From assembly GCA_001793095.1 (NCBI GenBank), contig MGHG01000011.1, positions 1 through 58,744 of the forward strand: a DNA stretch of 58,744 nt, given 5' to 3'. Source of the stretch: Candidatus Woesebacteria bacterium RIFCSPLOWO2_01_FULL_39_23. GTDB taxonomy: Bacteria; Patescibacteriota; Microgenomatia; UBA8517. Both the position numbers and the translations under genes were made by a program. Below the pieces are notes generated by a model that was not told the DNA's origin, did not search any database, and saw only the letters and a program-made list of their open reading frames with translations. This document shows, one piece after another, positions 35,968 through 45,828 of this stretch (positions within the stretch are counted from its first letter, which is position 1; every line of letters starts with the position of its first letter).

Positions 35968-36342
35968 TTACTTTTTATTCCTTAAACTTTTTTGGTAACT
36001 GAAAAGTAATTTTCTTACTTCTATCAAGAGGTTTGAAATTTCATTATAGTCGCCATTCTCCAGATATTTAAGATCGAACGCAATGTCTATTTGAACAGTT
36101 AATTCCAAGGCTGAGGCGATGCTTATATTAATGAACCGGACAAATTCTTTACGAGTCCGAAAATAACCTTCAACAATATTTGAGACAATTGAAATTGCGG
36201 CTCGGCGAGATTGTGGAATTAATACGAACTTTTCCTCAATTGGAAATAGCTTCGTTAGTTTATATGTTAATAAAACCAAATCTTTGGATTTTTGATAAAC
36301 ATATAATTTTTTATAAGATTGAATGTTGATTTTTTGCTCCAT
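35968..36342 (-). CDS. Four helix bundle protein (TIGR02436 / 23S-IVP / bAvd-like)
   Basis: SYKKL.VYQKS..L....YKLT..FP.EE.F.L..Q.RRAAISI.SNI.EG, F..FINISIASA.EL..Q..IA.DL.YL. Confidence 0.9.
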   Translation of the reverse strand: MEQKINIQSYKKLYVYQKSKDLVLLTYKLTKLFPIEEKFVLIPQSRRAAISIVSNIVEGYFRTRKEFVRFINISIASALELTVQIDIAFDLKYLENGDYNEISNLLIEVRKLLFSYQKSLRNKK

Positions 36343-36344
36343 AA

Positions 36345-36382
36345 TCTTATACTCTTACGCACTTAGGCTCTTACACTCTAAG
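36345..36382. repeat. 8-nt tandem repeat array at the 5' flank of the four-helix gene
   Basis: tcttatac tcttacgc acttaggc tcttacac tctaag. Confidence 0.65.
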
Positions 36383-36461
36383 TCTACCGTATGAAGCTTG
36401 AGATTCAACCCCTAGCCTTTTTCACAGGTCGGTTTAATGGTATAATTGCACTACAATTACC

Positions 36462-39335
36462 ATGCCCGATGGAAGCGACAGTCCGGAGAAAGGAATAAAT
36501 ATGACACCAGAACTACCAGAACGTGCTAGTGGGGGAGAAACTACTCCTCCTGGTCCTAAAAAACTTGAAACCTCGGCCGAAAAAGCACTAAGGCGTGGGG
36601 AGCCTGTTTCAAAAAGATCCAATACAACAACAAATGCTGCAGAAGAAGCCCACGAACGCTTGAGAGAGCTCCGCGAGGAGACTGAAAGAGAGAAGGCTGG
36701 GGTACAAGCGGCAAGAAAACGCAAAAGAGGTCCTGCAGAAGAAGCTAAGAATGCTCGAGATGGCGAAAAAGGAGGTCGTTTCGGTGAGGAACGACAGAGA
36801 ACAGAAAGAAGAGGAATTTGGGGACGAGCAGAAGACTTAATTACTCGAGCTGGGAGATGGGCAGAAACACACGGAAAAGAGCTTATAATTGGATTTCAAC
36901 TTGTGGATGAAGTATTGGAAAACTTTAGGGAATTTAGAAATGGAGTTAGAGAAAGGATGGATAGAGGAAGGGCAGAAAGGGAAGCGCGTAGGGATAGAAG
37001 AGAGAGGGAAGGCTTGCCTCCAGATCGGCAACCATCGCCCCCTTCTCACCCTTACGTTGAACCGGAGCCAGAAAGACCTGCGCCTGTCCAACCCCCTCCT
37101 CCATCACCAGAACCAAAACCCGCAGAGCCTGTTCGACCTTCCGAAGCTGAAATCTGGAGCGAACGGGCTAAAAGTATGAAGGTTGAAGAATTACAGAGGT
37201 CGATAATGCGAGCAGAATTGGGCTCTGAAAAGCTAAACGCTTTAAGGGCTGAAAAGGAAAGGCGACTGGATGAATTATCCGAAGAGCACCAAGCACGTAT
37301 TGGGGAGACGCTTGAAGCTAGAACCAGAGATGAATTGATACAAATCCTAAATGTCTCATTCCCCACAAATTTTAGAGCTCCCTTGGAAGAATATCGTAGA
37401 TTTCCGGTGGAAGAATTATTGGACGATGATAGACACAGAGGATTGAGAAAAATAATGAGAGAAGATGAAGTTAGAAACGTTTTATTAGGAATTTACAAAA
37501 ACGTCAAAGACCCGGTTATAAGGGAAACACACGTCCCTCAAGAAGATACTTTGAAACAGATGGAGGAGAATGATAAAAAAAGCAGAATTAATATGGGTGC
37601 TTCAATTAATAATCCTGTAGGAATTCTTAACAGAATACCCGCAACGCTCGACGAGTGGAACGAACAAGCGGCGGCATGGCCATTTTCGCCTGAAGTCAGA
37701 CAGTCGATGGTAGCTTATTATAGCGAAAAAGAGGATAGTGAAAGACGAGCCAGAGAGGAAGCTGAGAGAGCAGTGGAATTGGCTTCAAGACGCAGAACGG
37801 AAGGTGTACAAAAAGTAGAAATTCAGGTGTCTGAGGAAGATGCAAGAAAGGCACAAGAAGATTTTATTGCCCTCGAAAGGTGGTCTGACACAACTAAGTT
37901 TGAGAGCATAGAAAAAGACGATTATTATAGAAGTTTGGATTCGGACGATGAGAGAACAAGATACAGAAGAAGACTAATGCTTCACCACGCCGTCTTTTAT
38001 AAAAAAAGGAATGCGTGGACATTTGAAGCAATGGCTAAGAATGCTGAAATGCAGGAGCTGGCGATAGAAGACATACAGGCGCTTTATGAAACCCCCGGCG
38101 TTAGCAAGGTTTTACAAGAATATGTAAGATTAATGGATACCAACGAAAGGATTGGAATGGGGTATACAGATCCCATTACAAGAACAGAGGACGAACGGGC
38201 ATTGAGGGAGTGTACTACGAGGGATATGATAGATGTTTTTAGAAAAAGAGTTCAAAACAAAATTGAGGAAGAGATGTATCGAACTCTACCTACTGAAAAC
38301 GAAAGCGAAGCGGATTATAGAAAAAGAGTGCAAGAAACGGCAAGAACTGCCGAGCAAATCGGCTTTAATTTGGCGGTGACAACAAATCTTTTTGAGTCTT
38401 TAGACGCACAATGGGAAGGGATAAACAAAAAAACAGGCAGATTAGAACCAATCACCGGTGACTATAGACGGGTAAACTACAGCGACTTAAGAAGAGTTAG
38501 GGGTTTTAAAATTTTCCAGGGTGCGACGGATATTTTAAACAAACCTATACGTACTGCCTTTAATCCCATAGATGCGCTTATAGAAATGGCCACCAAAGAG
38601 GAAAGGAAAGAGACAGAAACTGGAGTTTTTACCAGCTGGGCGTCAAATCAAATTAGAAATTCCTTAAGGGGTGCGGGGTTTAGCGGTGACTTCAAAGATT
38701 TCGAAGGATTTGAAGAAGTTGAGTTAATCGACGATGAAGACAGTAATAATTATTGGAAGGTCGAAAATGACGAAGGTCATTATAAACTGTTTATACCGGA
38801 GCTTTATCCATTAAGGCAAATAGGTTCTTATTGGGAAGATGCAAAAGCATATGATTTGTCGGATATGGACAGAATTAGCGGACAGCCAAGAGAGAAATCT
38901 TTTCTTGAATTTATGAGGGAGGGTAAAGAAATACCTTTTGATATGGCTTACAGAGCCCCTGGTTTTTCAGGTTATCTAGTTGACGCTAATTACTGGGTGG
39001 GTGTGTGGAATTTATTTGATAACGAAGTGGCTAAAAAGGGTGGAGTAGATGAAGAAGTAATGCTAAAAGCACTTGGTAATGTTGGAGAAAGGGATAATGA
39101 AGGTATGATACGATGGCTAGGTTATGCTTATAGAGGGATTGATGAGAATAAGAGACTTCCTACAATGCAAGTTACAATTGGAGACAGGGAAACTTACGAA
39201 ATAATATCACGTGAGGCGGAGAGGGTGGGTGAAGTTGATAATCTATATAATAAAGAAAACATGTTTTTTGGATGGGATAGAGAACCGACAGCTAAAGATA
39301 GATTTAAAAGATGGTGGAGAAGAATTTTTTGGTAA
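36462..39335 (+). CDS. Large Arg/Glu-rich hypothetical protein on the strand opposite the T4SS cluster
   Basis: 957-aa ORF with coiled-coil and Pro-rich segments, no TM helix. TGGTATAAT promoter-like motif upstream. Confidence 0.8.
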   Translation: MPDGSDSPEKGINMTPELPERASGGETTPPGPKKLETSAEKALRRGEPVSKRSNTTTNAAEEAHERLRELREETEREKAGVQAARKRKRGPAEEAKNARDGEKGGRFGEERQRTERRGIWGRAEDLITRAGRWAETHGKELIIGFQLVDEVLENFREFRNGVRERMDRGRAEREARRDRREREGLPPDRQPSPPSHPYVEPEPERPAPVQPPPPSPEPKPAEPVRPSEAEIWSERAKSMKVEELQRSIMRAELGSEKLNALRAEKERRLDELSEEHQARIGETLEARTRDELIQILNVSFPTNFRAPLEEYRRFPVEELLDDDRHRGLRKIMREDEVRNVLLGIYKNVKDPVIRETHVPQEDTLKQMEENDKKSRINMGASINNPVGILNRIPATLDEWNEQAAAWPFSPEVRQSMVAYYSEKEDSERRAREEAERAVELASRRRTEGVQKVEIQVSEEDARKAQEDFIALERWSDTTKFESIEKDDYYRSLDSDDERTRYRRRLMLHHAVFYKKRNAWTFEAMAKNAEMQELAIEDIQALYETPGVSKVLQEYVRLMDTNERIGMGYTDPITRTEDERALRECTTRDMIDVFRKRVQNKIEEEMYRTLPTENESEADYRKRVQETARTAEQIGFNLAVTTNLFESLDAQWEGINKKTGRLEPITGDYRRVNYSDLRRVRGFKIFQGATDILNKPIRTAFNPIDALIEMATKEERKETETGVFTSWASNQIRNSLRGAGFSGDFKDFEGFEEVELIDDEDSNNYWKVENDEGHYKLFIPELYPLRQIGSYWEDAKAYDLSDMDRISGQPREKSFLEFMREGKEIPFDMAYRAPGFSGYLVDANYWVGVWNLFDNEVAKKGGVDEEVMLKALGNVGERDNEGMIRWLGYAYRGIDENKRLPTMQVTIGDRETYEIISREAERVGEVDNLYNKENMFFGWDREPTAKDRFKRWWRRIFW

Positions 39336-39348
39336 AATTTAGATGGAA

Positions 39349-41040
39349 TTATTTGCCACCTAACTTTCTCTTCCACCTTTGGAGTCCATATAAGCGTTCT
39401 TCTCTTTCTTCTTGTAATCTACCTAGCATACGATAGTGGGTAGGTGTAATACCAGGAGTTTTCGACATTCTCTCGAGTCTTGTGAGTTGTTCTTGTGTTG
39501 CTCTTTCTCTTCCACCAAAATAAGCCCCAACACCCTTACCATATGCATATTTACCAGTCCCCAGAGCATACCCCAATCCGCCCGCAAACATAGCATTAAC
39601 ATCTTTACCTAAATCTCCCGCGCCTTCAACTCCTTTACCGCTCATAAGCGATTTAACTAAATCTCCCGCTTTGGGTATCATAGCAAAAATTCCGATGGCA
39701 GCAAAGGTCCAAAGTATGGGAAGCGGATCCCAATTTCTGTCTGCTGCCTGCGTCCCGAATGTAATGGGCGGGTACCAGAAATATTGAGTTGTTTCGAAGG
39801 GTGAGCTTACGCTTATAGTTGAAGTTCCTCCTGCTGAAATCATGGTGGACAGCGAGTCTCTTACTCCGGTATATGTCGCAGCTAAAAAGAAAATAGAAAG
39901 TATAAATAGTATTCCGACAACGGGGTAGACCAATAGGTTGGCAATGATACCTCTCAACCACGGCCAGAAACCCCCACCCGGAGTTAGCGCACCGAACCCG
40001 ATAATTAGCGGGGCAAAAGTGACGGAAATAAGTATACTTAGATAAGTTCTGATTAACATGATAAAAATTCTAAAGCAGGCTAAGAAAAGCCAAACTAAAA
40101 TACCTGCAACAATAAACCAGCCCAATATCCAGGCAATTGTTCCTCCCACCCAATTTAGACTCCAGATGCTTCCTGCAGCATTCATGATTGCGTAGTAGAC
40201 AGGGCCGATAAATCCCCAGAACCATCCGAGTAAGCCTATTGGTACATCACCCGGCCCAGTAGTCATTAACCTGAAAACATCCGCCCACTGGGCACCTCCA
40301 AGGAAACCAAACTGCAGAATAATAAAAGAAAATATCCCTATAACGACATAAATTAGGTCTACCATAAATCCCGCAATAGCATAAGAGAAAGTTATTAGTA
40401 TAAGGGTAATTAATATCCTAGGCAGAGCTGACTGAACCGTGACGACTACTTGGGGGGAAATCTTCATTCTAAACATAATCATAAACGCAAACGCTATTAT
40501 GACGACTATAAAGAGACCATACATAACATCTCTGCTACCCTTCCAAACTTTTTGTACCGGAGACAGGGCGCCAAAACCGAAACCTTGAGCCCGAGCTTCG
40601 GGTACGGGTAAAAGTTTTAAGTCAGTTATTTTACCTCGGACATAGGATACTCCCGAGAAGCCCCGTTCGGGATTAAAGATTGTTGCAAATACTCCGCGAT
40701 TTTCTTGTTGTCTAGCCGCACTTGCGGTAAAGAGAGGATTCTCGTTTAAGCAGGTTGTAACATCGCTTCGCATGGAACAAATAATACCGTTTGTATAATC
40801 GTTAGAGGTCAGAAGAAAGGATATTAAACCGAAGATGACCCATTGAACCTGGGCCGCTGTATAACGTTCGCCGAAAATTTCTTCAGGTGGGGATGCGTTA
40901 GTATCGTAAACTTTAGTCACCCATTGCCTGTATGTTTGTATATACCATGGGTTAGTGTCTTGGGCATAAACATAAGACGACCCGATAGACGAGAAAAGAA
41001 ATATTACTAAGGAGGCGGTTGCAATTAATTTTTTAATCAT
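39349..41040 (-). CDS. TrbL/VirB6-like polytopic membrane protein
   Basis: Signal peptide (VYA|QD), W...RD..Y.LF....IAF..MIM, ALPR..I..ILI.FSYAIAGF.VD, several TM helices. ATG 41040 preferred. Confidence 0.75.
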   Translation of the reverse strand: MIKKLIATASLVIFLFSSIGSSYVYAQDTNPWYIQTYRQWVTKVYDTNASPPEEIFGERYTAAQVQWVIFGLISFLLTSNDYTNGIICSMRSDVTTCLNENPLFTASAARQQENRGVFATIFNPERGFSGVSYVRGKITDLKLLPVPEARAQGFGFGALSPVQKVWKGSRDVMYGLFIVVIIAFAFMIMFRMKISPQVVVTVQSALPRILITLILITFSYAIAGFMVDLIYVVIGIFSFIILQFGFLGGAQWADVFRLMTTGPGDVPIGLLGWFWGFIGPVYYAIMNAAGSIWSLNWVGGTIAWILGWFIVAGILVWLFLACFRIFIMLIRTYLSILISVTFAPLIIGFGALTPGGGFWPWLRGIIANLLVYPVVGILFILSIFFLAATYTGVRDSLSTMISAGGTSTISVSSPFETTQYFWYPPITFGTQAADRNWDPLPILWTFAAIGIFAMIPKAGDLVKSLMSGKGVEGAGDLGKDVNAMFAGGLGYALGTGKYAYGKGVGAYFGGRERATQEQLTRLERMSKTPGITPTHYRMLGRLQEEREERLYGLQRWKRKLGGK

Positions 41041-41096
41041 AAATTGACTTATTTTTAATTCTACCACACTACATTATTAGATACGCAAGGATGTAT

Positions 41097-44000
41097 TTAT
41101 AGACATCTAGCTAAGTCGCGTACGCTTGTTTCATAGCATGCATATTGATTCGCCTCGCACCACGGCGTTGCGCCAAACCTGGGATCCTGTTCGCACACTT
41201 GTTGGCTATCGCAATAGCCTAAATATTGCCTAGCGGCTGTAATAATATCGGAGTCCGACCAACTACAACCTGAACCAGTTCTAGTTCCGGTATTTAAACG
41301 TACCCCCTCGCACGTTGGATAACCTGGTGGATTGCAGATTGCAGTATAACCGTCCCAGCCGGGACTTCCGTTAAGTAACTTTCTGGCTGCCGCAAACGTT
41401 GAATCGAGTAAGTTGCACCTATCCGGAATTCTGCCGTCGTTTATGCCTGTTCCGCCATTGTCGAAAACTGCAGCATCCGGTCCCGTTTTCCAACCGGTGG
41501 GTAAAAACTGCCATGGCCCAGCAGCGCCTGACTGGCTTACATTATAAGAATAACAATTGGGAACTTGGCAGTTTGGCCCGCTGGACTCTAAAACCAATTG
41601 GTCAGTCCAATCGAATCTGTCAAACCCGCCTTCGTTATAGAATACTCCCACTAGCAGATTTGCGGGTACATCGTAATATGATGCAGCTGATTCAAATATT
41701 TGCTTCATGAGCGGCGGCATCCAGGAGTCGTATTTTGAGCACATTTGGCAGTCTTGGACGGGAGGTAAATTAGGTAATACAGCAGTGCATGTACCCACAC
41801 CTGCCGATGATGTATCGGATAATATTTGATAACCATAACCCTTTGGCCGTAATATGCCCTGAATTCCAGTTAAGAAATATTCTTTTATGCCGCCAATATG
41901 CGGGAAGTACAGTTGCGCGCCGGATCCCGACCTTAGGTTTCCGGGGTTACCTGCATAAACAGTTCCGTCACTACTTGTGTAGTTAACGCTTGTAGAACCA
42001 GGTATATCCCAAATTTCTGAAACTGCACTTCCGGATGCGACCTTGGGAAAAATTCTTCTGAACACGCTCGAAGAGCCCGCCACAAGCCTTGACCAGATAT
42101 TGTCTGCAAGGGGCGTTTGGGTTTCAAGACCCATGTTAATATAGGAAAAAGTAGAGCACGACTGTGTTGAGGGGGAGGCTTCAACTGGCCTTTGACAAGA
42201 AGTTGAATTTACACACTTAAAATAAGCACTAGGATTACAACTTGTATTTGGAATTGGAGTACAATCTGGCGCCGAGTTAAAATTGGTTGGAACACATATT
42301 CCATATCCATCGCATCTGGCATGACTAATAAGTGTAACTTGTTCTCCGGCTACACATATATAACCCAAATCGCAATCATACCTGCCGTAATTTACTTCTG
42401 TGTAGAGATCAGGAAACGGATCTGGTATACAAGTTCCTCCTGCCAACTTCTGACATAAGTTGCCATAGGGAGCAGGGTTAGGCTGTTGATCCCCGTTTCC
42501 CCACACATAAAAATTACACGCCACCTGAGCCGTGTAACTTACACTTCCCGACAGACCTCCTGCGAAAATATCGTCACCTGGATTGGTTCTTGCTTGAACA
42601 ATATCGCAGTAGGGAGACTCAGGTATAAAGGTTGCGTCAGTCATGTTGTCTTTATCGGCTCCTTCCGGAATATAGGTATTTTGCAGTGCGTCAGCCAAAT
42701 CTCTTCCTTCTTCCATATGGGGGATAAACATATCTGCCGGTGGCACATTGCTTACGTCTACGCTAATCAGGCGAAATTCGGGGGAAGCAAAAGAATAGGA
42801 AGAACTTTTAACATTTATTTCTCCAAGTCGGTCTTCGGTTGAAGAAAAGAGAACATTGGAGAAAAAATTAGACCAAAAATTAGGATTAAGAGGATCATCA
42901 AAGCACCAAAATACTGTACGGTTGCCAAAGATTGCGAACGGTATTGTAAGCTTAAAACAGAAAAGTCCCCGCCAAGCGTAATAATCCGATAGGAAGTTAG
43001 AGTAGTCTTGGCCGATATAGTCTTCTTCCAGGGGTGGCTTATGATCGTTCCAGCCAGAAAGTCGAAGTTGCCTTTCGCCAATTTCAACCGGGCCAATAAA
43101 GGGGAGGTTGATAGTGAAGAGGGGGGTTCTACCGACAATTTCATCATGTCTTTCTTCGGAATTTTGGGTTCTCGACCTATTTGCGCTGTCGACTTCTCGA
43201 ATCCTTTCGCCTGATTGTATTGTAAAAGGCAGTAATTTTCTTATCGGGCCGGAGTAGTTAATAACTTTGTCTCTATCAAGAATATCAACAGGGTCTCCTG
43301 ATACGCAGCATGCAGCAGGCGTCAAACACATGGGACTTTGATCAACAGTAAGATCGTCGTTGGGGTGTGTGGGGGGAATGAAAAAAGGATTTCTTTCCAT
43401 ACAAACTCCATTCTCATTGAGCTCAAGGCATTTACCGGCCGACCCTGTATTTTGACCAATACAGTCGTTATCTGCGTCCATTGGGGGATATTCGGCCTTG
43501 TTAATTACACCATTTAAATACCAGCTTACATATTCGTTAATCTTGTCATTGTCGGTTAAGGTTTCATCACCGTTGTACTGGTTGATTACACTAGGATTAC
43601 CTGAACCAGTATTTCCGATTGAGGGTTCTGTATAACCCATGACGGGGAATTTTGCTCCAGAAATATCTATAGAGAAACTTTTATCACCACTTATAGTAAA
43701 TGAACAACTTTCTATACCCTCACCAATATTTAAGCAACCTCCGCACTCTGCATTTGTAGCGCATTGGTCAGCATCTGGTATACATGGTTCTGTATTTGTG
43801 ACACATTGGCCGCTTGTGTCGCAGTAGTGACAAGCGTTTGAAATGGGATCGAATGGTGGGTTGGGTTCTATATCAGACCCTCCAAAAGTATAAGAAGGTG
43901 TGGGGTTCGGGGCTACTCCGAAATTTTTGACAATCGAAACACTATCGCTTAAAACCAAATCATTTCCACAAAATAGCGCTAAATCTTCTTTGTTTGGATT

Positions 44001-44990
44001 ACACGGACTGGCTTGGTATGGCCGAAGAGAGTGAAATTCTTCATCTGTAAAAGAAGAATCTTCGGGAGCAACTGCGTTACAGGGAAAGGGATATTCTGCA
44101 GATCCGGTTCGGAATCTAGGTCTGGCTTCTCCCGATACCTGTGCGGGAGTGGGTTGGGGAGGTTGAATGCCTGCGCCAACACAATCACCCGCACACACCC
44201 CTAAATGATTGGCGACTTTCCGTTCTGCTCCATCCGAGGGATTATTTTTTATGGTATGTCCATTCTCAGAAGTAACCAAAGTGCTGGAGCCGCCTCCGTC
44301 CATATTGATTGCAGACTCCGCTTGGCAATTTAGCATCATATCAGCCAATTCCTTGAGAGTCACTCCCGGACTATCAACGACCATCAATAAAAGAGTATTA
44401 TTAGAAGCTTTTGCTATCGCGGTTCTGGGATGCAGGTTTGTGCAATAGACTAATGGGTCTTCGCAGTTATTTATTTTTGCGCTCATCACTCCGTCTTTTA
44501 CGAGCGTGTGTCCTCCCGATATGGCGCTCCATTGATTGCCGGGGTTAGTAAAACCTACCGGTTCGTTAAAAAAAGTAACGCCGTTATCTTGCGAGATATA
44601 AATTGAGGGCTCTCCTGATGCATCCGAATAGACATCTCCGTTATAAGTAGCTAGGCCAAGTGGGTCATATATTCCCGGAATAGAGTAATCGCCATTAACG
44701 GCTACACTAGCTCCGTTGTCTAATAAAAAGGTACTTGTATATACTCCAAGACCATCTCTCGGAGTTACGGTTAAATCAATATTCGGGTCATTAAGATCAG
44801 CTTTTACTATAAACCACTTTAGTGTTCTGGGAGAGATTGTGGATTCTTCTTTGTAAGTGATACCAGGGAAAAGTTGACTGAAACCATTAAAGCAGTTAAA
44901 AGTAGGTCCTTGGGCAAAGATAACGTTTATCGAAGCTAAAAATAGCAGTACGAAGATAATTAAACTGGAAAATAACCGCATCTTGGGCAT
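41097..44990 (-). CDS. Secreted multidomain protein: phosphodiester glycosidase (NAGPA/DUF2233-like) + Cys-rich regions + C-terminal lytic transglycosylase-like domain
   Basis: Signal peptide (IFA|QG); AVNGDY, HPRTAI, L.ELA..M, AINMDGGGSS; C-terminal VPANLLVGVFYNEGG and SQSGAAGPWQF. Confidence 0.8.
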   Translation of the reverse strand: MPKMRLFSSLIIFVLLFLASINVIFAQGPTFNCFNGFSQLFPGITYKEESTISPRTLKWFIVKADLNDPNIDLTVTPRDGLGVYTSTFLLDNGASVAVNGDYSIPGIYDPLGLATYNGDVYSDASGEPSIYISQDNGVTFFNEPVGFTNPGNQWSAISGGHTLVKDGVMSAKINNCEDPLVYCTNLHPRTAIAKASNNTLLLMVVDSPGVTLKELADMMLNCQAESAINMDGGGSSTLVTSENGHTIKNNPSDGAERKVANHLGVCAGDCVGAGIQPPQPTPAQVSGEARPRFRTGSAEYPFPCNAVAPEDSSFTDEEFHSLRPYQASPCNPNKEDLALFCGNDLVLSDSVSIVKNFGVAPNPTPSYTFGGSDIEPNPPFDPISNACHYCDTSGQCVTNTEPCIPDADQCATNAECGGCLNIGEGIESCSFTISGDKSFSIDISGAKFPVMGYTEPSIGNTGSGNPSVINQYNGDETLTDNDKINEYVSWYLNGVINKAEYPPMDADNDCIGQNTGSAGKCLELNENGVCMERNPFFIPPTHPNDDLTVDQSPMCLTPAACCVSGDPVDILDRDKVINYSGPIRKLLPFTIQSGERIREVDSANRSRTQNSEERHDEIVGRTPLFTINLPFIGPVEIGERQLRLSGWNDHKPPLEEDYIGQDYSNFLSDYYAWRGLFCFKLTIPFAIFGNRTVFWCFDDPLNPNFWSNFFSNVLFSSTEDRLGEINVKSSSYSFASPEFRLISVDVSNVPPADMFIPHMEEGRDLADALQNTYIPEGADKDNMTDATFIPESPYCDIVQARTNPGDDIFAGGLSGSVSYTAQVACNFYVWGNGDQQPNPAPYGNLCQKLAGGTCIPDPFPDLYTEVNYGRYDCDLGYICVAGEQVTLISHARCDGYGICVPTNFNSAPDCTPIPNTSCNPSAYFKCVNSTSCQRPVEASPSTQSCSTFSYINMGLETQTPLADNIWSRLVAGSSSVFRRIFPKVASGSAVSEIWDIPGSTSVNYTSSDGTVYAGNPGNLRSGSGAQLYFPHIGGIKEYFLTGIQGILRPKGYGYQILSDTSSAGVGTCTAVLPNLPPVQDCQMCSKYDSWMPPLMKQIFESAASYYDVPANLLVGVFYNEGGFDRFDWTDQLVLESSGPNCQVPNCYSYNVSQSGAAGPWQFLPTGWKTGPDAAVFDNGGTGINDGRIPDRCNLLDSTFAAARKLLNGSPGWDGYTAICNPPGYPTCEGVRLNTGTRTGSGCSWSDSDIITAARQYLGYCDSQQVCEQDPRFGATPWCEANQYACYETSVRDLARCL

Positions 44991-45047
44991 CCTGCATAGT
45001 ATAACATGTGCCAGACACACCTTGAATTTATTTGTATAAAGAAGTCA

Positions 45048-45368
45048 TTACTGGTTTACTGTGAAGGTTGTTACGTTGGCGCCCGTGAATGTTTGAATTA
45101 GAACTAGTATTAGGAAGGCTAGAGCTATTACTAATAATCCACCTACTGCGTAGGTAACTATCTTTCTTGCTGCTTGAGCTGCCTCTGGATTGCCTCCAGA
45201 TGTCATTAACTTAAATCCTCCAACAATAAGCATTGCAAAAAGGGCAATTCCGGCAAAACCCAGAATTGTGGTAACAATGTTATTAAATATCCACTCAAAA
45301 CCCTTAATGGTGGCTACACCGTTAATTACTTCAGAGCCTTCTATCGGATCTCTTTGTGCAAGATACAT
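45048..45368 (-). CDS. VirB2/TrbC-like pilin 1
   Basis: Two TM helices around GGFKLMTSGGNPEA...ARK..TYAVGG. Confidence 0.82.
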   Translation of the reverse strand: MYLAQRDPIEGSEVINGVATIKGFEWIFNNIVTTILGFAGIALFAMLIVGGFKLMTSGGNPEAAQAARKIVTYAVGGLLVIALAFLILVLIQTFTGANVTTFTVNQ

Positions 45369-45395
45369 ATCTATAGTTTAGTATATCTGCTAAAC

Positions 45396-45426
45396 AAAAA
45401 AAAGCGGCTCGGAAGAGCCGCTTTTT
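45396..45426 (-). terminator. Bidirectional intrinsic terminator after pilin 2
   Basis: AAAAAAAAGCGGCTC-GGAA-GAGCCGCTTTTT. Confidence 0.8.
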
Positions 45427-45446
45427 CCTTAAAAGGACAGATCCCC

Positions 45447-45764
45447 TTATGATCCAGGAATATTAAATCCTCTTAAGTTGACTCCAAAGAAGCTCTCGAT
45501 GAGAGTTAGTATTGCCCAAGCGGCAAATACTATCACGAGACCTACCAAACCGGCTGTAATTTGATTTCTTGCAGCTTCTGTTTTCCCTTTATCCCCACCC
45601 GAGGTGATCCATTTGATACCTCCCAAGACGAGTATAAAGAAGAAGGCGATTGCCGCGACGATTAAAACAAATGAAATTGCCAATGTAACCAAATCGCCAA
45701 AGTTAATATTCGTTAAATTTGTAAACTCGGCTGGTGGTTGTAGGTTAATATTTTGTGCCAGCAT
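45447..45764 (-). CDS. VirB2/TrbC-like pilin 2
   Basis: GGIKWITSGGDKGKTE.AR.QITAGL.GL.IVFAAWAI. SD-like GGGGGTG places the start at ATG 45764 (MLAQ). Confidence 0.85.
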   Translation of the reverse strand: MLAQNINLQPPAEFTNLTNINFGDLVTLAISFVLIVAAIAFFFILVLGGIKWITSGGDKGKTEAARNQITAGLVGLVIVFAAWAILTLIESFFGVNLRGFNIPGS

Positions 45765-45828
45765 CTTTTTTTCCACCCCCTTCCGTCTAATATAAATAAA
45801 TATATTATCCGTTTTTCAATAAAATAAT

